60,952 bases of DNA, from NCBI GenBank assembly GCA_045594705.1, contig JAZNZB010000040.1:1-60952 (forward strand), written 5' to 3'. The notes under the pieces were generated by a model. The model had not been told where the DNA came from. It worked only from the letters and a program-made list of their open reading frames with translations, and ran no database searches. Below, one piece after another: positions 1-9,430 of the stretch; position 1 is the stretch's first letter, and the number at the start of each line of letters is the position of its first letter. The DNA is from Eubacteriales bacterium (lineage in GTDB: Bacteria; Bacillota; Clostridia; Oscillospirales; CAG-272). A program made the position numbers and the translations under genes.

Positions 1-25
1 CCCTCCTTTAGAGTATCTGGAGTTC

Positions 26-54
26 ATTATAACATACGGAGGTTTTGCGGGCAA
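26..54 (-). promoter_or_regulatory. sigma-A promoter for a gene left of the window
   Basis: Minus strand TTGCCC-17bp-TATAAT with an extended TG; AAGGAGG RBS at about 2-8. Confidence 0.55.
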
Positions 55-66
55 GGGGGAGAGAAC

Positions 67-97
67 AAAACCCGGCCCCGACTTTTTGTCGGGGCCG
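67..97 (-). terminator. intrinsic terminator after msmX
   Basis: CGGCCCCGAC/GTCGGGGCCG 10-bp stem, followed by a T-run on the minus strand. Confidence 0.65.
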
Positions 98-109
98 TCT
101 CTATTCATT

Positions 110-1234
110 TCAAACCAGCAGATTCTGCTCTGTCTCCTTATCAAAGAAGTGCATGACCTTGCCCTCGAAGGTGACATAGATGGTCTGGCCATAAACCATG
201 CTGTGACGAACCTCGTCGTCAAGCGATACGGTGGGAATACGGACGATCAGCTTGTCGCCGCTCGCGGTAACTGCGTGCAGGTGCAGCTCGCTGCCCATCA
301 TTTCGTTGACCGTGATGGTGCATGCAATGGCTGCGGGATCAGCTGCATCGGACAGCTTGAAGTGCTCGGGACGAACGCCCAGAATGATCTCGCCGGACGC
401 AACCTGCTTATCAGCCAACATTGCTGCCTTCTTGCCGGTCACCTCGATCTTTGCGCCGTAGGGCTTGACGTAATACTTGCCGCCCTCGCATACAAGGTTG
501 GTTGCAAAGGTGTTCATCTTGGGTGCGCCGATAAACTCTGCAACAAACAGGTTGAGCGGCATATCGAACACCTCGGTAGGTGTGCCGACCTGCTGGATAA
601 AGCCGTCCTTCATGATAACGATTCTGTCGCCAAGGGTCATCGCCTCGGTCTGGTCGTGCGTTACGTAAATAAAGGTGGTGTCGATCTTCTGACGCAGCAG
701 AATGATCTCGGCTCTCATCTGGTTACGCAGCTTTGCGTCCAGGTTGGAAAGCGGCTCGTCCATCAAGAACACCTTGCTGTCACGGACCATAGCACGGCCA
801 ATGGCAACTCTCTGTCTCTGACCGCCCGAAAGCGCGCGGGGCTTACGGGTCAGATACTCGGTAATGCCCAAAATCTCGGCAGCCTCGGTGACCTTCTGGT
901 ACACGACCTCCTGGGGAGCGTGCTTAAGGCGCAGCGAGAATGCCATGTTTTCAAATACGGTCAGGTGAGGATACAGCGCATAGTTCTGGAACACCATGGC
1001 GATATCACGGTCACGGGGCTGGAGGTCGTTGACCACCACACCGTCGATCTCAACAATACCCTCGGAAATGTCCTCAAGACCTGCGATCATACGCAGCGTC
1101 GTAGATTTCCCGCAGCCCGAAGGGCCTACAAATACGATAAATTCCTTATCGGCAATATCCAGGTTGAAGTCCTGAACCGCAACCGTGTCCTTGCCGTAAA
1201 TCTTCTTTACGTTGGTTAATTTTACAGTAGCCAT
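110..1234 (-). CDS. msmX: sugar ABC transporter ATP-binding protein (MsmX/MalK)
   Basis: Walker A GPSGCGKS, VFQNYALYPH, LSGGQRQR signature, DEPLSNLDAKLR, TOBE-like C-terminus. Confidence 0.96.
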   Translation of the reverse strand: MATVKLTNVKKIYGKDTVAVQDFNLDIADKEFIVFVGPSGCGKSTTLRMIAGLEDISEGIVEIDGVVVNDLQPRDRDIAMVFQNYALYPHLTVFENMAFSLRLKHAPQEVVYQKVTEAAEILGITEYLTRKPRALSGGQRQRVAIGRAMVRDSKVFLMDEPLSNLDAKLRNQMRAEIILLRQKIDTTFIYVTHDQTEAMTLGDRIVIMKDGFIQQVGTPTEVFDMPLNLFVAEFIGAPKMNTFATNLVCEGGKYYVKPYGAKIEVTGKKAAMLADKQVASGEIILGVRPEHFKLSDAADPAAIACTITVNEMMGSELHLHAVTASGDKLIVRIPTVSLDDEVRHSMVYGQTIYVTFEGKVMHFFDKETEQNLLV

Positions 1235-1256
1235 ATCTATCTATACCTCTCTTTTC

Positions 1257-2144
1257 TTAACCCTTCACAGCACCGCCGGTGACGCCCTCAACGTAATACT
1301 TCTGCAGAAGCAGGAATACCGATACAACAGGGATCGCCACAATCACGCCTGCGGCACAGAACATGGTGTACTTTTCATTCATATTTGCTCTGGACAGCCA
1401 TTCAAACATACCCACAGCCACGCTCATGCCCTGGCTGTTTTCGTGAATGAGGTAGTTTGCCATCATAAAGTCACCCCAAGGAGCCATGAAGCCCATGAGA
1501 ATGGTGTAGATGACGATAGGCTTGGACAGCGGCATGATCACCTTGTAAAAGACCTGCAGTCTGGTTGCGCCGTCTACGCGGGCAGCCTCGTCAAGGCTCT
1601 TGGGAATGGTGTCAAAGAATCCCTTTGCCACGTAATATCCCATACCGCTGCTTGCGCAGTACACAATGATCAGACCAAGCGGTGCCATATTGGCGGTCAG
1701 ACCAAAGTCAACGAACACCTTGTAGATCAGAATCAGAGTCAAGAATCCGGGGAACATGCCAAGAATGAGCATGAAGTTCATCAAGCCCTTTCTGCCCTTG
1801 AAGCGCAGTCTGGACAAGGTATAGCTCATGGAAAGCACGAACACGGTCTGAAGCAGTGCAGTTGCAATGCCCATGATGCCGGTGTTGATAAACCAGCGCA
1901 TAAAATCCGTTTCCTTGAACAGGCGGATATAGTTGTCAAAGCCGAGCTGCTTGGGCCACAGGTAACCCACCTGTGCCTTGGACTCAACGCGGAAGGACTC
2001 CAGCACGATGCCGAAGAACGGGAACAGCCATACGACCGTGATCACCACCAGCAACAGATAAATGATCGCATTGCTCAGTCTTCTGCTGGCTTTTGCGCCA
2101 AGGAGAGATCTGTGAGGCTTTTTTGTCTGTACTTGTTTCATCAC
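1257..2144 (-). CDS. malG: maltodextrin/galacto-oligosaccharide ABC permease (MalG/GanQ type)
   Basis: Six TM segments; EAA loop 'FFDTIPKSLDEAARVDGA'; C-terminal 'QKYYVEGVTGGAVKG'. Confidence 0.92.
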   Translation of the reverse strand: MMKQVQTKKPHRSLLGAKASRRLSNAIIYLLLVVITVVWLFPFFGIVLESFRVESKAQVGYLWPKQLGFDNYIRLFKETDFMRWFINTGIMGIATALLQTVFVLSMSYTLSRLRFKGRKGLMNFMLILGMFPGFLTLILIYKVFVDFGLTANMAPLGLIIVYCASSGMGYYVAKGFFDTIPKSLDEAARVDGATRLQVFYKVIMPLSKPIVIYTILMGFMAPWGDFMMANYLIHENSQGMSVAVGMFEWLSRANMNEKYTMFCAAGVIVAIPVVSVFLLLQKYYVEGVTGGAVKG

Positions 2145-3781
2145 TTGAAATCCTCCTCGTTCTTAGTAGACGGAATCACGTTATAAACGATCAGCGACAG
2201 GATCGCAACCACCAAGAATACCATGATACCGATGATGGAGGCGGTATAATACTCTGCCTTGGGGCTCTCAATGGTCATGCGGTACAGCCACGTAATCAAC
2301 AGGTCGGTGTGGCCTACCGAAACGCCGCCCGCGATGCCGTTATTCGGTCCGCCGCCGGTCAGAAGGTAGATCACGTTGAAGTTATTGAGGTTGCCTACAA
2401 AGCTGGTCAACAGGTACGGACCCGTGACGAACAGCATATAAGGCAGGGTGATCTTGGTGTACTGCTGGAAGGTATTTGCACCGTCGATACGAGAGGACTC
2501 GTACAGGTCGGCGGGAATATTCATCAGAATACCGGTTGCCATCAGCATGATATACGGAATACCGATCCAGATGTTGAGCACGACCAGCAAAATCTTCGCC
2601 GTCCACTCACCGTCCCAGAGCGAGAAGTTTGCAGCCAGCGCCATGGAATCGGGCAGGATGTTCCAGTTGACCAAGGTATTGGTGGTGTTGATCAGCAGCT
2701 TGCCAAGCACGCCCGAGTCGTCAAACAGACGGGAAACGTACAGAAGCGAGACGAACTGCGGGATCGCAATGGTCATAACCAGCACGGTTCTCCAGAACTT
2801 CTTGATCTTAATTCCCTTTTTGTTGATCATGATGGCCACGAACATACCAAGGAAATAGTTGGTAAAGGTTGCAAAGAACGACCACATCAAGGTCCAGGCC
2901 AGGATCTCACCGAACGCAAGACCCAAGCCGCCCTCACCGAAGTTGAACAGCTGGTTGAAGTTATGCCAGCCGACCCAGGAGAACAGGTTTGCGTATCCGT
3001 CGTGTGCCGCGTCGTAGCTGGTGAACGCGATCAGCACCATATAAATGATGGGCAGAACGGTGAATGCCAGGATACCGACCAGAGGCAGTGCCAGCATGGT
3101 CTTGTGGAACTGGTCGTCAAGCAGCGACTTTAAGTCCTGCTTCCCGCTTCTGACCTTCTTACCCTTTGCGGTAATGTCCATGCAGATGCGGCACTGCTTG
3201 ACCTGCAGACGCCAGGTGTAGACAAATGCGATAATAAAGAAAATAGAAAGAAGCGCGTACAGCATGACCTTGACCGAGTCGTCGCCATAAATGGTGATGG
3301 TGGTGTTGCCAAGCAGGCCGGGGACGATCTCGTTATGGGGAGGAACGTCACCAACGGTTTGGCCGTTCTGCAAGAAATTACTCTTGATCAGCCATTCCCA
3401 GCCGCTCTTTGCCAAAAGCGAGGTCTCCTTGATGGCTGCACCCAACCAATGACGTGCACCGCTGGGCACGAACATATACACGCCGAACACGATCTCGAAC
3501 AGCAGAAACAGCGCGCCGCGCAGGGGCTGGCCGTAATAGAAATTACCAAAGCCAAAGATCACGTAAGAGAGCTTGACCGCCCAGTTTCCCTTGACAAAGG
3601 TTCTGACAATGTCCACGACCTCGTCCTTGATCGCCAACACGATCTTCTTGCAAAGCCCGAACAGCTTGAGGATCAAACCCCAGAAAAAGCCGGGAATAGC
3701 ACAGAAGAACATGGCAACGTTATAAAGGAAAGCCTTGAATTTGCCAAGCCTCAAATATTCCAAATCATTCAATCTTTTCAT
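2141..3781 (-). CDS. malF: maltodextrin/galacto-oligosaccharide ABC permease (MalF/GanP type)
   Basis: 'IPADLYESSRIDGA', 'ITLP', 'NNFNVIYLLTGGGP', 'TDLLITWLY'; start moved to the ATG at 3781 behind GGAG. Confidence 0.92.
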   Translation of the reverse strand: MKRLNDLEYLRLGKFKAFLYNVAMFFCAIPGFFWGLILKLFGLCKKIVLAIKDEVVDIVRTFVKGNWAVKLSYVIFGFGNFYYGQPLRGALFLLFEIVFGVYMFVPSGARHWLGAAIKETSLLAKSGWEWLIKSNFLQNGQTVGDVPPHNEIVPGLLGNTTITIYGDDSVKVMLYALLSIFFIIAFVYTWRLQVKQCRICMDITAKGKKVRSGKQDLKSLLDDQFHKTMLALPLVGILAFTVLPIIYMVLIAFTSYDAAHDGYANLFSWVGWHNFNQLFNFGEGGLGLAFGEILAWTLMWSFFATFTNYFLGMFVAIMINKKGIKIKKFWRTVLVMTIAIPQFVSLLYVSRLFDDSGVLGKLLINTTNTLVNWNILPDSMALAANFSLWDGEWTAKILLVVLNIWIGIPYIMLMATGILMNIPADLYESSRIDGANTFQQYTKITLPYMLFVTGPYLLTSFVGNLNNFNVIYLLTGGGPNNGIAGGVSVGHTDLLITWLYRMTIESPKAEYYTASIIGIMVFLVVAILSLIVYNVIPSTKNEEDFK

Positions 3782-3906
3782 GATTATCTCCAAATTCGTG
3801 CTTTTTAGAGCGAAAAGGCATTATTCGCCGCTACACAAGACAAGTGTTGTCCTTGTATGTCGGCTAACAATGCCTTATCTTTTTATGACTTTTTTGCCTT
3901 TTATGA

Positions 3907-3932
3907 CACGGGGAGTCCGAGGACTCCCCGTG
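3907..3932 (-). other. intercistronic stem-loop after the binding-protein gene (probable mRNA stabiliser or partial terminator)
   Basis: CACGGGGAGTCC/GGACTCCCCGTG inverted repeat with no U-tract on the minus strand. Confidence 0.6.
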
Positions 3933-3956
3933 ATTGTATGCTTATGGTAATCCGAA

Positions 3957-5564
3957 TTACTCGGTTACGGGGATCAGGGTTACAGTGCCGCCCTGAGCGC
4001 CGTCCCAAACGAGCTGTACCTGGTACTTGCCGTCAGCCTCAACAACGATGTTAGCGCCGTTGAACTCTACGCCAAAGTTAACGTCCCAGGATGCGCCCTG
4101 ACGAACCTTGAATTCCTCGCCTGCCTTCAGCTCGAGAACTTCAGAGGTGTATGTACCGTCGGGACCCTCGGTCATGGGGAAGTCGGTATCCCAGCTGGTG
4201 CCGCAGATGCCGCCGATAACGCCCCATGCGTTCTTCTGCTCATCGGTCATGGTGAACAGAGCGTCGATAGTGGTCTTGTAGGTGTCCAGAGCGGTCTGGA
4301 GATCTGCATCGGAGGTAGCAGCCTTAGCGTCTGGGCCCAGAACCTTTGCGATATCCCACCAAGAACCGTGGATCTGACCCTGAGGCTGGCCGTAAGCGTT
4401 CTGCTTAGCAAGAGCTGCCAGAGAAGCGTTGGACTGAACTGCCTCGGAGGACTGAGCAGCGATGTTGGAGGGACCCCACTGGAACTGCTCGTATCTCTGC
4501 ATCTGGCACTCTTCGCTGGTCAGGTACTGAGCCAGCAGAGCCAGAACTGCAGCCTTCTTTTCATCAGACTGGGGCTTAACACCCATCAGCTTGTTACCGG
4601 TGTAAGAGCCGAGGTGGTAGGACTTGCCGTCAACCTCGAAGGAAGGCAGGTCGGTAGCGCCCAGGTTTGCACCGAAGTGCTCAGCTGCTGCGTTAGCGTT
4701 CCAGATACCGGTGATAACAACGCCTGCATCGGTGAAGATATCAGCGTTGGAGTCGTAGCAAGTGGACTGAGCCAGCTTCTGCATACCCTTCATAGCTGCA
4801 AGACCTTCTGCAGAGTTGAAGTTATCGTCAACAGAGGTAAAGTTGCCCTCGGTGTCCATAGACCAGTTGGAATGGCAGCCGGTTGCAAAGAAGAAGGAAG
4901 CGGTGTACCAAGCGTTCTCCAGAGCGTAACGGAACTTTACGTTGTTAGCCTCGCAAGCTGCGATGATCTTCTCAAGGCTCTCAGCATCCTCAGCGGAGAT
5001 GATGCTGGTGTCGTAGTACATATAGTAACCGTTGTCACTGGTCATGGGGTAAGCGTACAGAGTACCTGCAACGGTAGCTGCCTTAACGGAGCCTGCGTCG
5101 TTGGTAGTCTTCAGAGCGTTTGCAACAACCTCGGGAGGAGTTGCAAGAGCTGCAGCCTGAACCAGACGTGCGAGCTGGTCCTGTGCGAAGCAGTAGATGT
5201 CAGGAGCGGTTGCAACGTCAGCAACAACCTTGGAGCCTGCGTCTGCTTCAGTAACGCCTTCGATAGAAGCGTTGATTACGATGCCGGGGTACTTCGCCTC
5301 GAAAGCGTCGATCTGCTGCTGAGTCAGAGCAGCAACGCCGTCAAGCTCGGAAACCCACATGGTGATATCGTAGGTGCCCTTGTAAGCCTCTACGATCTGA
5401 TCAACGGTGGGGCCGTTGTTTTCGGTACCTGCAGTGGTCTGCTCGCCACCCTGGGTACCATCGGTGGTCTCATCGCCGGTGCCGCCGGGGGTAGTGCAAG
5501 CTGCGAAAGCTGCAACAACCATCAGAGCGACCATCAAAAGAGCCAGAATCTTACTCATCTTCAT
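3957..5564 (-). CDS. malE: maltodextrin-binding lipoprotein with a C-terminal SusE/F-like CBM domain
   Basis: Lipobox AFAAC, Thr/Gly linker, 'APDIYCFAQDQL', 'LYAYP'; extra C-terminal 'WGVIG..W..D.PM...EFKVR...W..NFG' domain; GGAGG RBS before ATG 5564. Confidence 0.88.
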   Translation of the reverse strand: MKMSKILALLMVALMVVAAFAACTTPGGTGDETTDGTQGGEQTTAGTENNGPTVDQIVEAYKGTYDITMWVSELDGVAALTQQQIDAFEAKYPGIVINASIEGVTEADAGSKVVADVATAPDIYCFAQDQLARLVQAAALATPPEVVANALKTTNDAGSVKAATVAGTLYAYPMTSDNGYYMYYDTSIISAEDAESLEKIIAACEANNVKFRYALENAWYTASFFFATGCHSNWSMDTEGNFTSVDDNFNSAEGLAAMKGMQKLAQSTCYDSNADIFTDAGVVITGIWNANAAAEHFGANLGATDLPSFEVDGKSYHLGSYTGNKLMGVKPQSDEKKAAVLALLAQYLTSEECQMQRYEQFQWGPSNIAAQSSEAVQSNASLAALAKQNAYGQPQGQIHGSWWDIAKVLGPDAKAATSDADLQTALDTYKTTIDALFTMTDEQKNAWGVIGGICGTSWDTDFPMTEGPDGTYTSEVLELKAGEEFKVRQGASWDVNFGVEFNGANIVVEADGKYQVQLVWDGAQGGTVTLIPVTE

Positions 5565-5748
5565 AACAAGTAAAACCTCCAATGTAAATAATAATTTTTT
5601 GTGAGCGCACTTCGCGCTCTAAGAATTTTAACATGTTTTCTCCGTTTTGTCAACGGAAAATAAACCCAAAGTTGTTTTTCGGCAAAGTTTACAAATGTCT
5701 CTTTTGTTTTTGGTCAAAAAAACCAATTTGACTAAATTTTTTTGTGCA

Positions 5749-7368
5749 TTATTCCAACACCACACTGGTGTAGGCATCCAGCGTCAGCACGGTGCCCTCC
5801 AGCGTCGCGCTCCCTGCACCGACCGCATCGAGAATTGCCTCAAAAACGTACCCGTCAAGTGCTTTGCAGGTGGCAAGATCGACCGAGAGCGGAGTGCCCG
5901 AGGTATTATGGATCAGACCGATCTTCTCTCCCTTGTATTCAATGACAAATCCGCCCAGGTTCTTATTGCCGCAGTTCAGTGCGGTATAGTCGCCTCTTGC
6001 GATGGCGGGATACTTATGGCGCACCGCAATCACCTTACAATAATAATTATACAGGCTGTTCTCGTCTGCCATCTGATCCGCAACCGTAGTCGTGATCTGC
6101 TTATTTGCGGGATAGGTTGCCCCCTCGGGATCACGCAGCACCACGCCGTCGCCCCACAGCATTGCCAGGCGGCGGTTGGCATCGGTATTCTCGCTGCCGC
6201 GAGAGCCGCGCATACCGATCTCTTCTCCATAGTAGATCACGGGAGAGCCCGAGCAGAGCAGATAGAGATTGGCTGCCATGCGCGTATAATTGTCCGTGAT
6301 GAATGCGCCCGCAATGCGGTCCATATCGTGATTGGACAAAAACGGCATGATCATTCCGTCCGGATTTTTCTCCTTGACGCTCTTCTGATAGCTTTGCACG
6401 TAGTTGGTATAGGTGGCGATATTCTTACCCTTGGCGGCTGTTGCCAGAATGCCCTCGGCCTGCGACATGGTGAAATTGAAGCAATTCATGGCAGGATAGT
6501 ATTCCAGCACCTCCGAGTCACCCGACCAGCATTCCCCCACGCAATAGATGTCGGGCTTGACCTTTCGCAGCTCTGCCATATACCACTCCCAGAAATCCAC
6601 CGAGCGAGCGGTATCACCGTAGTAAATATACTTGACCGCATCAAAACGGAAGCCGTCGATGCCCAGATCCAGATAGTACTTGGCCACGTCCAGCATAGCC
6701 TCTCTGACGGCGGGGTTGTCATAGTTGAGCTCAGGCATGCTGCCCGAGAAGTTGCACTCATACCAGCAGTCCACGCCCGCGATCTTGCCATAGGCGATGC
6801 CGTTCTTCTTCTCTGCCGTAGTCGCACAGGAGTAGTAGTCATAGTATGGGTCGGATACGTCTGCGTTTATACGCGCCTCTTTGAATTTCAAAAACCATTC
6901 ATGCTGATCCGAGGTGTGATTGATGGCAAGGTCCAGAATGATCTTGACGTTGCGCTCATGACACAGCGCGATCAGCTCCTTGAGCGTTGACTCCTCGCCA
7001 AAACGCCAGTCGATCTTGTAATAATCCTTGGCATCATATTTATGGTAGGTGGGCGAGGTAAAAATGGGCGAGAGCCAGATGCCCTGCACGCCAAGGCTTT
7101 CTCCGGAATGGATATTGCCGTCGTTGAGATAGTCAAAATGGTTGATAATGCCGCGCAGATCTCCGATTCCGTCGCCGTTGGAATCGGCAAACGAGCCCAC
7201 AAAGATCTGATAAAAGGTGCGGTAGTTATCGTCGATGGGATCGACCTCGGGCGCGGGAGGCCCCTCCACCACGGGAGGCTGCTCCTGCGGAGTGCAGGAA
7301 GCAAGCGCGGACGAGGTCAGACATAATGCACACAGCATAAGCAAACTCAATATTCTTTTTACTTTCAT
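5749..7368 (-). CDS. GH13 alpha-amylase/alpha-glucosidase lipoprotein
   Basis: 'SFADSNGDGIGDLRG', 'DLAINHTS', 'GIDGFRFDAVK', 'VGE', 'LSNHD'; lipobox LASSC; start trimmed to MKVKR. Confidence 0.92.
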   Translation of the reverse strand: MKVKRILSLLMLCALCLTSSALASCTPQEQPPVVEGPPAPEVDPIDDNYRTFYQIFVGSFADSNGDGIGDLRGIINHFDYLNDGNIHSGESLGVQGIWLSPIFTSPTYHKYDAKDYYKIDWRFGEESTLKELIALCHERNVKIILDLAINHTSDQHEWFLKFKEARINADVSDPYYDYYSCATTAEKKNGIAYGKIAGVDCWYECNFSGSMPELNYDNPAVREAMLDVAKYYLDLGIDGFRFDAVKYIYYGDTARSVDFWEWYMAELRKVKPDIYCVGECWSGDSEVLEYYPAMNCFNFTMSQAEGILATAAKGKNIATYTNYVQSYQKSVKEKNPDGMIMPFLSNHDMDRIAGAFITDNYTRMAANLYLLCSGSPVIYYGEEIGMRGSRGSENTDANRRLAMLWGDGVVLRDPEGATYPANKQITTTVADQMADENSLYNYYCKVIAVRHKYPAIARGDYTALNCGNKNLGGFVIEYKGEKIGLIHNTSGTPLSVDLATCKALDGYVFEAILDAVGAGSATLEGTVLTLDAYTSVVLE

Positions 7369-7378
7369 AGACTTTTCC

Positions 7379-9406
7379 TTAATTCTTGACAGAGTTGAGC
7401 AGTGCGTCGTCGATCTTCCCCCATGCATTCGGGCCTGCGCACTTGACAAAGATGCCCACGGTCAGCACGTCGCCCTCGGCGATCTCGATTTCCTCGACCG
7501 TGGCCGAGTGCCACTCGTTATACACCGTGATCTGTGTAGGAGCCTTGGCAACCATCTCTCCATTGATCTTGACGTAGGCGTAGATCTCGGTCTCGCCGCC
7601 GTCGCCACCCATGATTGAGATCGAATACCTGTACTTGCCCGCCTTCAAATCACGCACCTCTTGCTCCAGCGTAAATTCCACCACGTTGGCAGCAGCTCCC
7701 CAGAAATGGTAATGCTTGTTGCCCGTGAGCGAATCGGTCACCTTATCTTCAATGCAAAGCTCGTCGCATTTGGTGATGGCCGTGGCCTTCCAGCCTGCTT
7801 CACCCTCCTCAAAGCTCCAGTTTTGCAGGAAATTATATTCCACCATGGAGATCACGCCCTTGGCCTGCATGCCGCCGGCTTCTCCCACGATATCATACTT
7901 GGCAACGCCGCCCGCCTTGAGCGCCTCGACGTCGATCTCCTGCCACACAACGGGAATGGCCTTGCGGGAATTGTCGTTCATGATGGCGTTGACCGTTTCG
8001 GGCAGCACCACGTCGCCGTTCAGGTCAAAGATCAGCTCCACGTCCTCGATGGCGTCGGCCTTGATCTCGATCTCGTTGCCGTTCTTCATCATGCCAAACA
8101 CCTTGATGGCCTCGGTCACCTTGCCCTGTGCATCAAAGAACGCCTGGTTATCCACCGCACAGCCGCCGTACCACTGCCCCGCATCCTCGGGGTCATACTC
8201 CTTGGCATACGAGGATGCCCAGCCCGAGCCGTGCGTCTCCCACAGATTCAGATTGGCCGCATAATCCGCGCCGCCAACCGAGATCCAGGTGCCTTCCCAG
8301 TAAAACACGCCGATGCCGCCCTCGATCTTGTTGACCACGGTATCGGTCACGTTGCGCACCAAGTTGACCTGCCCCTGCATGGTAAAGGGATAATCCTTGA
8401 CGATTCCGCCGCCATCGCCGACGGTGTTTCCGTAATGGTCGGAATCCTCAGCGGTGAAGGCATACGAGGTCTCGGCCACCATGACCTTTTTGCCGTAGGT
8501 GGCATTGACCTTATTCAGCACCTCGGCCAAGTTTTCCGGCGTGCCGTGCCAGAAGGGGTAATACGAAGAGGCGAACACGTCGTAATCCACGCCGTAATAG
8601 TCCAGATTTGCACTGTAGCTGACGTAATTCTCCGCCTTTTCGGGGTTTGCAAAGTGAATGGCGATCAGCGCATTCGGGCAAACCTCGCGCACAGCCTTTG
8701 AGCCTGCGCTCATGAGCTGCGTGATCCTTTTCCAGCCGCCCAGCGACGATGCATTCTCGCCGCACAAAGCACCGTTGGTCTCGTTCCCGACCTGCACCAT
8801 ACCGATATCCACGCCCGCATCCACAAGGGCGGTCAGGCAATCCTTCGTGTACTGATACAAGGCCTCGGATTTGGTGTCGATATCCATGCCCCTCCATGCC
8901 TTGGGCACCATTTGTTTGGCGGGATCGGCCCAGAAATCCGAATAATGGAAGTTGACAAGCAGCTTCATGCCGTACTTGGTGGCGCGCTTGCCTACCTCAA
9001 TGGCATTTTCCAGATCACAGTTTCCGCCACCATAGCCCTTGCCGTCCGCCGTAAAAGGGTCGTTCCAGATACGCACGCGGATATAATTGATGCCGTTGGC
9101 ACTCAATATTTCATATACGTCCTTGACCTGTCCGTCAAAATCAGTGTAGGTCACGCCGCTTGCCTCCAGCGCGGGCACGCAGGATGCGTCCATGCCAAAG
9201 ATAAAGTCGTCGGGCAAATTCTCCACTTTTTGGACAAACAGTGTCTCGGAGGTCAGATTTACGTTCATTTGGTTGGGTCTCCAATCTGTATTGATCGGGT
9301 CAAATTCGGGCAATTGGGGAGCTTCGGGTGTGGGATTGCAGGAAGCAAGTCCTGCAATCACCAAAGTCAACGCTGCAAAAATCGCGCAAATCCGTTTGAT
9401 CTTCAT
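7379..9406 (-). CDS. ganB: GH53 endo-1,4-beta-galactanase lipoprotein with Ig-like and CBM61-like domains
   Basis: 'NYIRVRIWNDP', 'FHYSDFWADPAKQ', 'VQVGNETN', 'SYYPFWHG', 'AETSY', 'GVFYWEG'; lipobox LASC. Confidence 0.93.
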   Translation of the reverse strand: MKIKRICAIFAALTLVIAGLASCNPTPEAPQLPEFDPINTDWRPNQMNVNLTSETLFVQKVENLPDDFIFGMDASCVPALEASGVTYTDFDGQVKDVYEILSANGINYIRVRIWNDPFTADGKGYGGGNCDLENAIEVGKRATKYGMKLLVNFHYSDFWADPAKQMVPKAWRGMDIDTKSEALYQYTKDCLTALVDAGVDIGMVQVGNETNGALCGENASSLGGWKRITQLMSAGSKAVREVCPNALIAIHFANPEKAENYVSYSANLDYYGVDYDVFASSYYPFWHGTPENLAEVLNKVNATYGKKVMVAETSYAFTAEDSDHYGNTVGDGGGIVKDYPFTMQGQVNLVRNVTDTVVNKIEGGIGVFYWEGTWISVGGADYAANLNLWETHGSGWASSYAKEYDPEDAGQWYGGCAVDNQAFFDAQGKVTEAIKVFGMMKNGNEIEIKADAIEDVELIFDLNGDVVLPETVNAIMNDNSRKAIPVVWQEIDVEALKAGGVAKYDIVGEAGGMQAKGVISMVEYNFLQNWSFEEGEAGWKATAITKCDELCIEDKVTDSLTGNKHYHFWGAAANVVEFTLEQEVRDLKAGKYRYSISIMGGDGGETEIYAYVKINGEMVAKAPTQITVYNEWHSATVEEIEIAEGDVLTVGIFVKCAGPNAWGKIDDALLNSVKN

Positions 9407-9430
9407 GTCTCTTCCTCTTCCCTTGCGCGC

